Source of the DNA: Spirochaetia bacterium
Lineage (GTDB): Bacteria > Spirochaetota > Spirochaetia > WTKD01 > G963693115
Direction of reading: 5' to 3'
Assembly: GCA_965226055.1 (NCBI GenBank)
Contig: CBDDCA010000004.1
Span: 1 to 64,000, forward strand
DNA: 64,000 nucleotides
In this document: positions 40,554 to 50,690 of the stretch, in pieces
Position numbering within the stretch: the first letter of the stretch is position 1
Layout: every line of letters starts with the position of its first letter
Translations under genes and position numbers: made by a program
Notes under the pieces: generated by a model
Told to the model about the DNA's origin: nothing
The model's database searches: none
What the model saw: the letters and a program-made list of their open reading frames with translations, nothing else

Positions 40554-43500
40554 TTGCAGTATACTGATTTTATTGATAGGATCATACGAAAAGGTAACAC
40601 TGTATTGTTGAACTCTACTTCTAAAATAACTCATTACTACAAAAATGTTATTGAATACTCAGATCTTGCTGAGGTGAGTGTCTTAGCAGATCCAACAGGC
40701 AATTACCCTTGTGATGGCTATACCATTACACAAAAAAACCTTTTGTACGGACAAATTGATACAACAACAGTATATAAACTCTTTGATAGCTCAAAAGATA
40801 ATGTAATTGATATCACTATTGCCTTTGATGCTTTTAAGCATAGCAAGAAATTCAAATCGGCTATGTGGGCAACAGCATCCCTTAAACGTGATGGCACTTT
40901 GAAGATATCAGATTTTCCAAGTTACACAATTTCTAAATCTTACTTAGCTCCTTTTGTTAATACTATTTCTGTTGGTTCTTCATGGGATGAATTTGCAAAT
41001 ATTCAAAACAGTTACCGTTTAACTGATATTCAGGAATGGAGTGATTATATTCAAGCTATTTTCTCAGTTAAAAAAGAGCTTATTAAAAAAATTGAAATAG
41101 ATTTTAAGGGAATGATGTCCGAAATAAAAGATACTAAACACTATATTTTTCAGGGTAATTTAATTGCAAAAATAAATACAAACATCCTTTCCATGTACCA
41201 AGAAAGCTCTAGGCTTAAAAACACGCATTCAATGCTTTCAAAAAAAGTTGCGAAGGTAGCTTTACAAGGTAATAAGTATAAAAAAGATGCGAGAATTACA
41301 TTAACATCTAAACTTTCTGGTGCGCTTCCAAAAAGTCAATTCATCCCGAATATTGAACAATGGAAAAGTATTGAAACTGTATTGAAATCTAAGCATGGTC
41401 AAATGACTGCTGTTCAAGGACCACCAGGAACAGGAAAAACAAGTTTACTTCAGTTTGTGATTGCGTCAGAAGTTGTTAATTCAGTGTGTAACAATGCTAG
41501 CCACCCGACACTCACGACAATTTGTTCAACAAATAATCAGGCTGTTACAAATGCAGTGGAAAGTTTAATTTTAGATTCTTCGGATAGATGGCTTCCAACA
41601 GATGTTGGGCTTGGTATGTATGTGCCAGCTAGATCTGATGGGGTAGTGATACCTAACATCACCATAAATAAAAGCTCCAAAAGCAATAAAGTATATATAA
41701 ATAGTGATTATCTTGAGCCATTCATGCAATGGAATCAATTTTCTAAGATAAAAGAAACATTCATAGCAAATGCTAGAAAAAATCTACAGCTTAATAATAA
41801 TGCCAATCTTCAAGAAATAGAAAAAAAGCTAAAGAAAAAAGTATTGGCTTCCCAAAGAAAGATTGCATTTTCTTTTTTTACATTAAAGATTAAAAATCTT
41901 TTGAGTAGCTATTTGCTTAGTATTTTTAGTAAAAATGATACAAATTATTACAATAGCTTGAAGAAAAACAAATGGAATTATTACCTTACATTAATGAAGC
42001 AGTCTTTTACTGATGCTCTACATTATTGGGAAGCTCGCTTTATTGAAGAGATTGATGCTCTCTTTACTGTTCAAGGGAAAGAGAGAAAACTTGCATTTAA
42101 GTCGTCTCTTGATGTGATTGAGACTATATCTTTGCTCACCCCATTTATTGGTATGACCTTACATCAGCTTGCTAAACATTTTGGAGGAGCTAACAATCCT
42201 AACATTGCTACAGAATCTATAGGTCTACTTATTTTAGACGAGTCAGGACAAATATGTCCTGAAACTGGTTTTTTCTCATTATTGCTTGCCAAAAAAGCTC
42301 TCGTGGTTGGTGATAGCATGCAATTGGAACCTATTCATTCTATCTCTGAAAATGAAGATGATAAGCTAATAAAAAAGAATAGAATGAAAGATTTCTTCAA
42401 ATCTTCTCAAGGCAATTTCATGAACATGGCTGATACTGCTGCTGACTATAGCACTTGTTTGTTGGAGCATTACAGATGTCACTCTGATATTATTGCTATA
42501 TCAAATGAGCTTTGTTATCAAAACAAGCTTGTCCCTAAAACTACTAAGGATCATGGATTATATCCACCTTTATCATTTCTAGATATATATGGGGTTTGCC
42601 AGAAAGATACTTCAGGTAGTTTAAAAAATAGAGATGAATCAGATAGTATTATTTCTTGGATATTTCAAGAAAGAAATAAAATTGAAGCATATTACAAACA
42701 AGACATTAACAATGTTATTGCTGTTGTTACGCCTTTTAAGAAGCATGCAGATACTATTCGTCAAGGTCTTGTAAAAAATGGTATTAAAGGTGTTATTGTT
42801 GGAACAGTTCATAAATTGCAGGGTACTGAATTTCCGATTGTTGTGTTTGCTCCAACCTATACTATTGAATATGTAAGACACGCACTTGAAAATAAAGGAA
42901 AATCTATGTTCTTTGATATTTCTTCTAGCATGATTAATGTTGCAGTTTCTCGAGCAAAGAAAACATTTATTTACATGGGCGATCCAAGAATCTTACATTA
43001 CGGTAATGACAATGAAAGTTTGCCAAGCCAAATTTTAGCAAAGCACCTTAAGAAGAATGCTATTGCATTAGCCTTTAAATCTAAAGATAGTGCTCTTGCT
43101 AAATTGCGTGCCAATATAGAGAGAATTGCATCTTTAGATGCTCATAGAAATATTTTGAAACAAGCGTTTCAAGATGCTCAAGATTGCATAGTGATATCAA
43201 GTCCATTTATTACAAAATATGCAATCGTAAAAGATTCAATAGAAAAGCAAATTTGTAACGCTGTAGAACGTGATGTAAAAGTTAAAATTTTTTATGATTC
43301 AAAACTCAATAGTGTGAGACGTCATGAGCTTAAAGATTCTATACAACTGTTGAAACAAGCAGGGGCAGAAGTAATCCATAAAGAAAGGCTTCATAGTAAA
43401 GTTTTGTACATTGATAATAAAATGATTATTGAGAGTTCATTTAACTGGCTTTCTGCTGTTAGAGATCTATCCTCAGAATATCAACGCTATGAATCTTCTC

Positions 43501-43589
43501 TCGTGTATAGAGGAGAGCTTGCTGCAAAAATGATAGCTGATGTAGAAAAAGAATTTCTACATAATTATAGTCAACAAAAAACTCAGTAA
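40554..43589 (+). CDS. Superfamily 1 (DNA2/UPF1-like) helicase fused to a C-terminal PLD nuclease domain (YjhR-like)
   Basis: QGPPGTGKT, LDESGQ, VGDSMQLEP, EHYRC, TVHKLQG, NVAVSRAK; HSKVLYID plus SFNWLS. Confidence 0.85.
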   Translation: MQYTDFIDRIIRKGNTVLLNSTSKITHYYKNVIEYSDLAEVSVLADPTGNYPCDGYTITQKNLLYGQIDTTTVYKLFDSSKDNVIDITIAFDAFKHSKKFKSAMWATASLKRDGTLKISDFPSYTISKSYLAPFVNTISVGSSWDEFANIQNSYRLTDIQEWSDYIQAIFSVKKELIKKIEIDFKGMMSEIKDTKHYIFQGNLIAKINTNILSMYQESSRLKNTHSMLSKKVAKVALQGNKYKKDARITLTSKLSGALPKSQFIPNIEQWKSIETVLKSKHGQMTAVQGPPGTGKTSLLQFVIASEVVNSVCNNASHPTLTTICSTNNQAVTNAVESLILDSSDRWLPTDVGLGMYVPARSDGVVIPNITINKSSKSNKVYINSDYLEPFMQWNQFSKIKETFIANARKNLQLNNNANLQEIEKKLKKKVLASQRKIAFSFFTLKIKNLLSSYLLSIFSKNDTNYYNSLKKNKWNYYLTLMKQSFTDALHYWEARFIEEIDALFTVQGKERKLAFKSSLDVIETISLLTPFIGMTLHQLAKHFGGANNPNIATESIGLLILDESGQICPETGFFSLLLAKKALVVGDSMQLEPIHSISENEDDKLIKKNRMKDFFKSSQGNFMNMADTAADYSTCLLEHYRCHSDIIAISNELCYQNKLVPKTTKDHGLYPPLSFLDIYGVCQKDTSGSLKNRDESDSIISWIFQERNKIEAYYKQDINNVIAVVTPFKKHADTIRQGLVKNGIKGVIVGTVHKLQGTEFPIVVFAPTYTIEYVRHALENKGKSMFFDISSSMINVAVSRAKKTFIYMGDPRILHYGNDNESLPSQILAKHLKKNAIALAFKSKDSALAKLRANIERIASLDAHRNILKQAFQDAQDCIVISSPFITKYAIVKDSIEKQICNAVERDVKVKIFYDSKLNSVRRHELKDSIQLLKQAGAEVIHKERLHSKVLYIDNKMIIESSFNWLSAVRDLSSEYQRYESSLVYRGELAAKMIADVEKEFLHNYSQQKTQ

Positions 43590-43592
43590 CAA

Positions 43593-44492
43593 TTAAAATT
43601 TTTCGACAATTGGTTGAAATACTCGTATAAAAGTCTCTAATTTTTCTTTGAACCATGCATGATATTCAGGCCAGTTATTTTTATTTTCAATATCAGCAGA
43701 TTTTTCCGAATCTGATTTTAATTTTATAATGGAGTGTTTTCTATCATCTTGCCATTCTAAAGCTTCTCCAAATGATTTCTCAATAGTATCTTTTTGCTCA
43801 TAAAGCTCTTTAAATTTTTCCTTCATTTTTTTATATAGGCATATTCTAGCAGTTAATTTTTTAGCTCGCGTATTGCAAAAAATGCATAATTTCACATTTG
43901 TTTTTAGAGGAAAATATGCGTAGCCTTGATTTACTGAAGAGGAATCTGGTATCTCTGGATTTTGCTTAAGATATTCAAAGAGAGCAGAGTAGTATTCTGA
44001 TTCAGGTGGCTGTGATATTATGTTAAATTTTGGTGCAGGAAGAGAATTATCAATACACCAGAGTTCAATCTCTAAGCCAAAAAAACGTAAATTTTCATTA
44101 GTGTTTTTGTTGAGCCAATCAAGTGCAGTTCTGTGTTCTTCTGAGAATTTTTCTGCTATCCAGATAATAGTGGCATTAACGGCATCAAGACCAGCAGCAT
44201 AGGTCGTCAGTTGTCCAAGATGTTTATGATCTGTTTTCTTAAACTGATTCTCAATCAAAATTAAAGAGTCATCTTCATTTTTACAAACTATATCGGCACG
44301 AAATGGACCAATTCTTTTTTCTGTTTCTACTTTTTCTACAGACTCAAGGTGAATATTGCCACCAATCGTATCTCCCAAGCGTTTAAGATTTTCTTCTTCT
44401 GCGAGCCAGGGTGTGAAGTCACGTTCCTCATGTCCCCAAATCTCTCGAAGTTTCACAGGTTTTAATTCCCCTAATTTTTTTTCCATAATCAA
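43593..44492 (-). CDS. DUF4268 domain protein with N-terminal NucS-like PD-(D/E)xK domain
   Basis: LREIWGHEERDFTPWL, ADIV, IENQ..TDHKHLGQL.TYAAG, FGEALEW. Confidence 0.8.
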   Translation of the reverse strand: MIMEKKLGELKPVKLREIWGHEERDFTPWLAEEENLKRLGDTIGGNIHLESVEKVETEKRIGPFRADIVCKNEDDSLILIENQFKKTDHKHLGQLTTYAAGLDAVNATIIWIAEKFSEEHRTALDWLNKNTNENLRFFGLEIELWCIDNSLPAPKFNIISQPPESEYYSALFEYLKQNPEIPDSSSVNQGYAYFPLKTNVKLCIFCNTRAKKLTARICLYKKMKEKFKELYEQKDTIEKSFGEALEWQDDRKHSIIKLKSDSEKSADIENKNNWPEYHAWFKEKLETFIRVFQPIVEKF

Positions 44493-44730
44493 CCTCCTGC
44501 TCCAAGTATATAATACTTATATCCTATTTACAAGCAATCTATAATTAAATTCATGAGTTCAAAGATTAAATGCGACAAAGGAGCAAAAAAAGAGCAAGAA
44601 AAAATCTCCAATATACTGTAGCATAATAATGGAAAAGTTAGTATTATATATAGATATTTACAGTATCATTACATACTTAGACATATATATATGATACACT
44701 AAATCTAGTACCCGAAAGGTATGCAAAAAT

Positions 44731-46305
44731 ATGATAAGAAATGGAGAGAGACATATGATGAAAAAAAAGGATAAACAGAGAGAAAGAAACAGGCATACAT
44801 CCATGTATGGAATGTATCGGTATTGTGTTTTTATTTTGTTGATACTCATGAGTGCATTGTTATATACTTGTACTGCACCTAAGAGTACCGATTCTACTGA
44901 TTACGATATTAAGTTTTATGTGAGTAGTGTGGAAAAAAGTAATGTTGTTACAAATAGCGTAATTTTACAAGCTACTAACTTTAGTACTAAGTCAGATATT
45001 CCAAAAGTAACATGGGAAAATAAATTGAGTGATCCTAGTAAGTGGCTAGTACTTATGTATAAGCGAGGATCAAGTGATATATTCTTTTCAAGTATTGTAG
45101 ATGGAGATAGCACTACTAAAGAAGCTGGAGTTGCCGATTATGTCAATACCAGTAATTTTTCTACTCATCAAGATTTTCCTGTAGAGTATCGTGTATCAGT
45201 AACAAGACTTGAAGCAGGAACATGGAGCATTGACTCTGCTTCGGGGAACATAACAGTCAGCGGAGGAAAATTGACACAGGAGCTTACATTAGAAAAGAAA
45301 GCTCAGATTGATATTGCACGATATGGTGAAGAGGAATATACTACTCGGATTGAAGGAAAAAATGCCTTTAAAAATAGAGATTCAGACGCTCAGAAAATTA
45401 TAGACGCCTCTCTCAGTGGGAACACTGCAGGCATTCCTCTTATAAAAACACCAAGTGCGTTTGAGTTGACAAGTACCAGTATGAGTAATGGGGAAGTTAT
45501 AGGGATATTACCAGACGAAAAAGGCTTTAAGCATAGTTCTGGTAATTGTTCGGGGTACTTAGGAGAAAGTGTTTCGCCAGCATTAGATTGGTCAAAAAAA
45601 ACAGCAAAGTCCAATAACAGTACTTTTGTTGTTCTTGCTTATGATCCTGTTCAAAAAAATCCCGTTGGCAAATTAAATGAAACAGCAGCCTCTCCTTACT
45701 TTTCATTGTGGTTTCAGTATAATATCCCTGTTAATGTAAAAAAAATGCCCGAAGGAGATGGAGGAAACGGTACTAGTGATAAGAAAGATGAGGATAATCC
45801 CTTATTTGACAGTACGCCTACTCCTAAGGCAGGGACCTTGTCTCATAATGTATATTCTCTCTCATCGAGTGAGCTATTGGGATTTTATAATCTTACTAAA
45901 TGCTATGATACTGCAAAGCCAGATCTAACAACGCTTCCTATCCGAAAGCGATATGATGGACCCTTGTCAAACCCATACTCAGGGAGGCATTATACACGTT
46001 TTCTTGTGTTTGAAGTTGATAATGGCAGTCTTGCAGAATTTAAAGATGCGTCAGTTGAGAGCTTACAGCAAAATAAAGTGGAAAGTGCCACAAGAAGAGC
46101 TGAGCTTAAAAAATTTGGTTTTGATAAAAAAGTTTCTGGATCTTCTGTTGATATGTTAGTACAAAATTTTATTGACATAGATAGAACAAAAATTAGGAAC
46201 AATGATTTTACTGATTTGAATGTAAATCATAAGAATGGTAAAGTAAAAGTGTTGGGAGTGTCTGTGCTACTATTTGCTATAGATGCAGCAACATTGCCAT
46301 TTTAA
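44731..46305 (+). CDS. Lipoprotein with divergent PEBP (YbhB/YbcL) domain
   Basis: Lipobox-like LLYTC; FELTSTSM..G, VSPALDWS, YDP, W..YNIP, YDGP...GRHY.RF; start uncertain. Confidence 0.65.
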   Translation: MIRNGERHMMKKKDKQRERNRHTSMYGMYRYCVFILLILMSALLYTCTAPKSTDSTDYDIKFYVSSVEKSNVVTNSVILQATNFSTKSDIPKVTWENKLSDPSKWLVLMYKRGSSDIFFSSIVDGDSTTKEAGVADYVNTSNFSTHQDFPVEYRVSVTRLEAGTWSIDSASGNITVSGGKLTQELTLEKKAQIDIARYGEEEYTTRIEGKNAFKNRDSDAQKIIDASLSGNTAGIPLIKTPSAFELTSTSMSNGEVIGILPDEKGFKHSSGNCSGYLGESVSPALDWSKKTAKSNNSTFVVLAYDPVQKNPVGKLNETAASPYFSLWFQYNIPVNVKKMPEGDGGNGTSDKKDEDNPLFDSTPTPKAGTLSHNVYSLSSSELLGFYNLTKCYDTAKPDLTTLPIRKRYDGPLSNPYSGRHYTRFLVFEVDNGSLAEFKDASVESLQQNKVESATRRAELKKFGFDKKVSGSSVDMLVQNFIDIDRTKIRNNDFTDLNVNHKNGKVKVLGVSVLLFAIDAATLPF

Positions 46306-46329
46306 GCAGGAGTAAAAAAGGAGTCTATA

Positions 46330-46983
46330 ATGTATGATAGATATAGTATAAAAAGAAAAATCAGTATAATAGTACTGTTTTTTTTAATGGTAAGTTTTGT
46401 GTATGGAGCAGAAGAGGAGTTGTCTATGAAAAAAGCGTATTTTGCAGGAGGGTGTTTTTGGTGTATGGAAGCTCCTTTTGAAAAGCTAGAAGGAGTAAGT
46501 GAAGTTCTTTCGGGATATACAGGAGGAAAAGAGCTAAACCCTACCTATAAGCAAGTAGCAAGTGGAAGGACAGGACACTATGAGGCAGTAGTCGTAGTAT
46601 ACGATGAAGAGAAAATTACTTACGAGGAGCTGTTGCAGGTATTTTGGAGACAAATAGACCCTACTGATGGAGGAGGGCAGTTTGTTGATAGAGGAAAACA
46701 CTATGCCACTGCTATCTTTTATACAAATGAAGAAGAAAAGCGTCTCGCTGAGGAATCAAAAGTGTTTTTACAAAAATCAGGATGGTTTAATCGTCCCATT
46801 GTTACCGAAATTATTCCTTTTGATACATTTTATGTTGCAGAAAAATATCATCAAGACTATTATAAAACAAATGCATTGAGCTATAAATTTTATCGTGCTG
46901 GTTCAGGAAGAGATCAATTTTTGAATCGTGTATGGGGAGAAGAAGCAGATGATATTGATGAGATACCGATGAAACCCCAATAG
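46330..46983 (+). CDS. msrA: Peptide methionine sulfoxide reductase A with signal peptide
   Basis: AGGCFWC, GHYEAV, YHQDYY. Confidence 0.94.
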   Translation: MYDRYSIKRKISIIVLFFLMVSFVYGAEEELSMKKAYFAGGCFWCMEAPFEKLEGVSEVLSGYTGGKELNPTYKQVASGRTGHYEAVVVVYDEEKITYEELLQVFWRQIDPTDGGGQFVDRGKHYATAIFYTNEEEKRLAEESKVFLQKSGWFNRPIVTEIIPFDTFYVAEKYHQDYYKTNALSYKFYRAGSGRDQFLNRVWGEEADDIDEIPMKPQ

Positions 46984-46998
46984 AGAGTAACACAAAAT

Positions 46999-47424
46999 AT
47001 GGCAGAGGATACAAAGCAAGAAACTATTGAAGAGAGTAGCCAGTTTCTTCCACAGTTTTCTCTTGAAGTAGAGGGGCAGAACCTTATACCAGTGATTGTG
47101 CAAGAACAGTCGACAGGCATGGTACTGATGTTTGCTTATATGAACAGAGAAGCGTTGCAGCTTACCATTGATAGTAAGGAAGCAGTATTTTACAGTCGTT
47201 CACGAAAAACATTGTGGCGTAAAGGAGAAACAAGTGGTAATGTATTGCGGGTACACTCTATACGCTGTGATTGTGATCAAGACACATTACTGCTTTTTGT
47301 AAGTATAGAAAATAATGGGCTTGCATGCCATACACAGAGAAAAAGCTGTTTTTATCGTACCGTACATAAAAACGATGAAAAAGACGCAACGCATAAGACA
47401 TATACACTCCATTTTTTAGAATAA
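46999..47424 (+). CDS. hisI: Phosphoribosyl-AMP cyclohydrolase
   Basis: [28 protein letters not shown]. Confidence 0.93.
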   Translation: MAEDTKQETIEESSQFLPQFSLEVEGQNLIPVIVQEQSTGMVLMFAYMNREALQLTIDSKEAVFYSRSRKTLWRKGETSGNVLRVHSIRCDCDQDTLLLFVSIENNGLACHTQRKSCFYRTVHKNDEKDATHKTYTLHFLE

Positions 47425-47431
47425 AAAATAT

Positions 47432-48655
47432 ATGGTATTAAAAGCTCCTATGATAAAAATACTACGATGCATACAAGCACTAAGAGGGCATGTAATAGAA
47501 ATCTTTCTTTTTTTCATACTTATATTTGTTCATGCAAATATACATGCTCTTGATATAGATGCGGATATTAAGTTTGTCGCACTCCCTGATAATAACGGAT
47601 ACTCTGTAAATGCAGTTAACAAAGAGCCATTTCCAATATACATACATATTGATTTTTCACTTGTTTCTTACACTTCATCGGTAGAGTTGCCTGCAATCAT
47701 TAAGCTAGAGTCTGGAACAACAGATACTATTGTACAGTTACATAAGATAGAAGGACAGCAACGTTTTTCTTACTCAGTACGTTATTCTTTTATGTTTACC
47801 GAACCACGTACTACTGTTCCTGATGATTACTTGTACTATTTTCCATTTAAGCATGGGACTGCTCATAGAATAGGGCAGGGATGGAATGGAAGTTTTTCTC
47901 ATAGAGGGCAAAATACCTATGCTGTTGATTTTAACATGGATGAAGGAACTGAGATTTATGCAGCAAGAGAAGGCATAGTAGTCTCTTTGAAAGAAGATTC
48001 TAAGATAGGGGGAGCTTCTGCAAGATATGCAGATCATACAAACTATGTATTAGTACAGCATAGCGATGGCAGCTTTTCAAATTATGTTCATCTTCAATAT
48101 AACGGAGCATTGGTGAACAAAGGAGATACAGTACAGGTAGGAGACGTGATAGGATTAAGTGGTTCTACTGGTGTTTCAACGGGACCTCACTTACATTTTG
48201 ATGTACGTATATTTAATACTGAGGGAAAATTTTACAGTATTCCTTTTATGTTTAGTGGAAAAGATGGAGTTTCTATTAGTCCTTTAGTAGGAAGAACCTA
48301 CTATGCGTACTTTCCCAATAAGGAAGCATTTACTGAAATAAGAGGGGAAAATATAAAAATATCAGATTATGATTCTTATAGAAAAACTCTTGATGCTTCT
48401 TTCTCAAAATCTGAGATCAGTATACGAACTGAACCATATGATGATCGTCTTGTTGTATTTATTGCAAATGGGAATGATGCTGCCATAGAGGCAACAGTGA
48501 ATCTTAGTCTCAACAATTTAGAATCGCTACTTGGTAACCCCATCAATATCAGTATACAAGCACGAGAAGAGCTATTCTTGACAATATTGCTAGTAAAAGA
48601 TCTTGCAAAAAGATACGGATTACAATCACGCATACGCTATAAAAAGCCTCAATAG
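47432..48655 (+). CDS. M23 family metallopeptidase
   Basis: H....YAVDF, YVHL, STGPHLHF; signal/TM segment. Confidence 0.9.
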   Translation: MVLKAPMIKILRCIQALRGHVIEIFLFFILIFVHANIHALDIDADIKFVALPDNNGYSVNAVNKEPFPIYIHIDFSLVSYTSSVELPAIIKLESGTTDTIVQLHKIEGQQRFSYSVRYSFMFTEPRTTVPDDYLYYFPFKHGTAHRIGQGWNGSFSHRGQNTYAVDFNMDEGTEIYAAREGIVVSLKEDSKIGGASARYADHTNYVLVQHSDGSFSNYVHLQYNGALVNKGDTVQVGDVIGLSGSTGVSTGPHLHFDVRIFNTEGKFYSIPFMFSGKDGVSISPLVGRTYYAYFPNKEAFTEIRGENIKISDYDSYRKTLDASFSKSEISIRTEPYDDRLVVFIANGNDAAIEATVNLSLNNLESLLGNPINISIQAREELFLTILLVKDLAKRYGLQSRIRYKKPQ

Positions 48656-48753
48656 TTGCTATAGTATTACAAAATTGTAATACTGGAGTAATGTTTATGA
48701 AGTGTATATATACTATATTAGAATATATATAATACCTCCTCTTTATATATGTT

Positions 48754-48786
48754 AGCACCTTACAATTTGTAAGGTGCTTTTTTTTT
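48754..48786 (+). terminator. Intrinsic terminator
   Basis: agcaccttacaa/ttgtaaggtgct followed by T-run. Confidence 0.75.
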
Positions 48787-48829
48787 GTAGTGATATATTT
48801 TTTTAGTGCCTATTTTTAGTATATGGAGA

Positions 48830-49795
48830 TTATAAAAAGTATTGTACGATATTCATAACTGAAGGAGTATATGAAGTACCAAAGAGATTGAGGTGGTTGA
48901 GGAGATGATATAAATTATAGATATGTTTTCTTTCTTGATATGCTTTTTCTAAGGGAAGTATGTCATTATATGTGTTATAAAATTGAGCATCACAAGATCC
49001 AAAAAGTTCTGTCATAGCAATGTCTGCTTCGTAATGTCCATAGTATACAGCAGGGTCTATGAGAAGAGCCTGTTCTTTTTTCACGCATAAATAGTTTCCG
49101 CTCCATAAATCTCCATGAAGAAGAGAAGGCATTGATATATCAGGGATAAGAAGAGGGAGTTTACTGCACAGTTGTTCTATTTTTTTAGCATCATGAGGAG
49201 TAATACGTGTATTATGTATTGCTAACTGTAATTGAAAGAGCAATCGTTCGTTAGTAAAAAAATGTAGCCAAGAATGATGTAGCGTATTTTTCTGTACTGT
49301 ATCTCCTAGATAATTATCATGAAAAAAACCAAATAAGGGGCGCTCTGTATGTTGTGTATTGTTATCAAGTACAGAAGGATGCATATGCATATGTGCAAGT
49401 GTCTGTGCAAAATGTTCCCAAAAATGAGGAGATGCTTTGTGCTGTTCCCAATACTCAAGCAATAAAGTACTGTTATTGTTGTTATTGCTTACAATGCCAT
49501 ATACATGCACTGTAGCAATACTATGTGTCGAAGCTATAGTCATAAGCCCACTCGCTTCTGCTTGGCATCTATCCATAGCTTGGTTTCCTTGATATTCTTT
49601 ACTTACTATTTGTTTCAAAACACTATTGCTTGAAGAGTGTTTTGTTTCATCGTGAAGTAACAGTATATGCGTGGAAGCACCATCTCTGACACTTAATGGA
49701 GACTTTCTTTGTATTATCGTTGATGGAGTAAACAGCTGTGTTACTGCTTCTTTCATAGAAGAAAAGATTGGAGCACTAGAATAATATTTTCCCAT
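48830..49795 (-). CDS. Fructosamine/ketosamine kinase family protein
   Basis: LLHGDLWSGN, IDPAVYYGH.EAD, YHLLNHLNLFG. Confidence 0.92.
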   Translation of the reverse strand: MGKYYSSAPIFSSMKEAVTQLFTPSTIIQRKSPLSVRDGASTHILLLHDETKHSSSNSVLKQIVSKEYQGNQAMDRCQAEASGLMTIASTHSIATVHVYGIVSNNNNNSTLLLEYWEQHKASPHFWEHFAQTLAHMHMHPSVLDNNTQHTERPLFGFFHDNYLGDTVQKNTLHHSWLHFFTNERLLFQLQLAIHNTRITPHDAKKIEQLCSKLPLLIPDISMPSLLHGDLWSGNYLCVKKEQALLIDPAVYYGHYEADIAMTELFGSCDAQFYNTYNDILPLEKAYQERKHIYNLYHLLNHLNLFGTSYTPSVMNIVQYFL

Positions 49796-49814
49796 ATATG
49801 TTATAATACCCTAT

Positions 49815-50690
49815 ATGGTACTATGTGATGATCTAAAGTATATTTATAAAAAATCTAACAAAGGGCTTACTAAGCTGAGTGTTGCTTTACAAAAGGAACA
49901 TGTATACGGTTTGTTAGGAAAAAACGGTTCAGGGAAAACTACATTACTTTATATTATTTCCAGTTTATTGTTTCCTCAGAACGGGGCTTGTACTATTGAT
50001 AGTATATCAGCTACCATGCGCAACCCTAAAGTATTACAGAACTTTTATGTGTTTCCAGAAGATATATTTGATATATCAATGAGTGCGCAGAAATTTGTTG
50101 ATCATTACTCAATGTTTTACCCTAACTTTGATAGATATTATTTTCAAACATTAGCACAAGATTTAGATATACAAGATAGCTTGTCTTCCTTATTACATAA
50201 ACTTTCGTTGGGGCAGAGAAAAAAGGTGTTTATAGCATTTGCATTGGCAACAAAGGTGCAGGTATTATTGTTTGATGAGCCAACAAACGGTCTTGATATT
50301 CCAAGTCGTACTGCACTCAAGAGTGTGATATATAAAAATGCTCATAGCAATAATCAGATTGTACTCATATCTACCCATAACATCAGAGATATAGAAAATT
50401 TAGTAAGCAGTTATATTTTTATTGATAAAGGAGAACATTTATTTACTGTTGATACCGAAACGATTTTTACAAATTTTATCTTAAAGAAACATGGGACTCC
50501 TACACAAAAAAATGCATTGTACACTTGTAAGGTATTTGATGGATACGCGTCTCTTCTTGAAAATAAGAGACATAAACTAGAAGAGTTTGATCTTGAAATA
50601 TTTTTTACTATGGCATTAAATGAGCAAGGATTACAAAATATGCTTGCTACACTAGGACAGCCAGTTATATATGAGCAAACAAATATATGA
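49815..50690 (+). CDS. ABC transporter ATP-binding protein
   Basis: GKNGSGKTT, LSLGQRKK, DEPTNGLD. Confidence 0.9.
   Translation: MVLCDDLKYIYKKSNKGLTKLSVALQKEHVYGLLGKNGSGKTTLLYIISSLLFPQNGACTIDSISATMRNPKVLQNFYVFPEDIFDISMSAQKFVDHYSMFYPNFDRYYFQTLAQDLDIQDSLSSLLHKLSLGQRKKVFIAFALATKVQVLLFDEPTNGLDIPSRTALKSVIYKNAHSNNQIVLISTHNIRDIENLVSSYIFIDKGEHLFTVDTETIFTNFILKKHGTPTQKNALYTCKVFDGYASLLENKRHKLEEFDLEIFFTMALNEQGLQNMLATLGQPVIYEQTNI

Noticed and set aside
48656-48829. Possible sRNA or small ORF (two hairpins, GAGGAGG on minus strand)
   Set aside because: No start codon at SD spacing; the hairpins are explained as terminators of convergent genes
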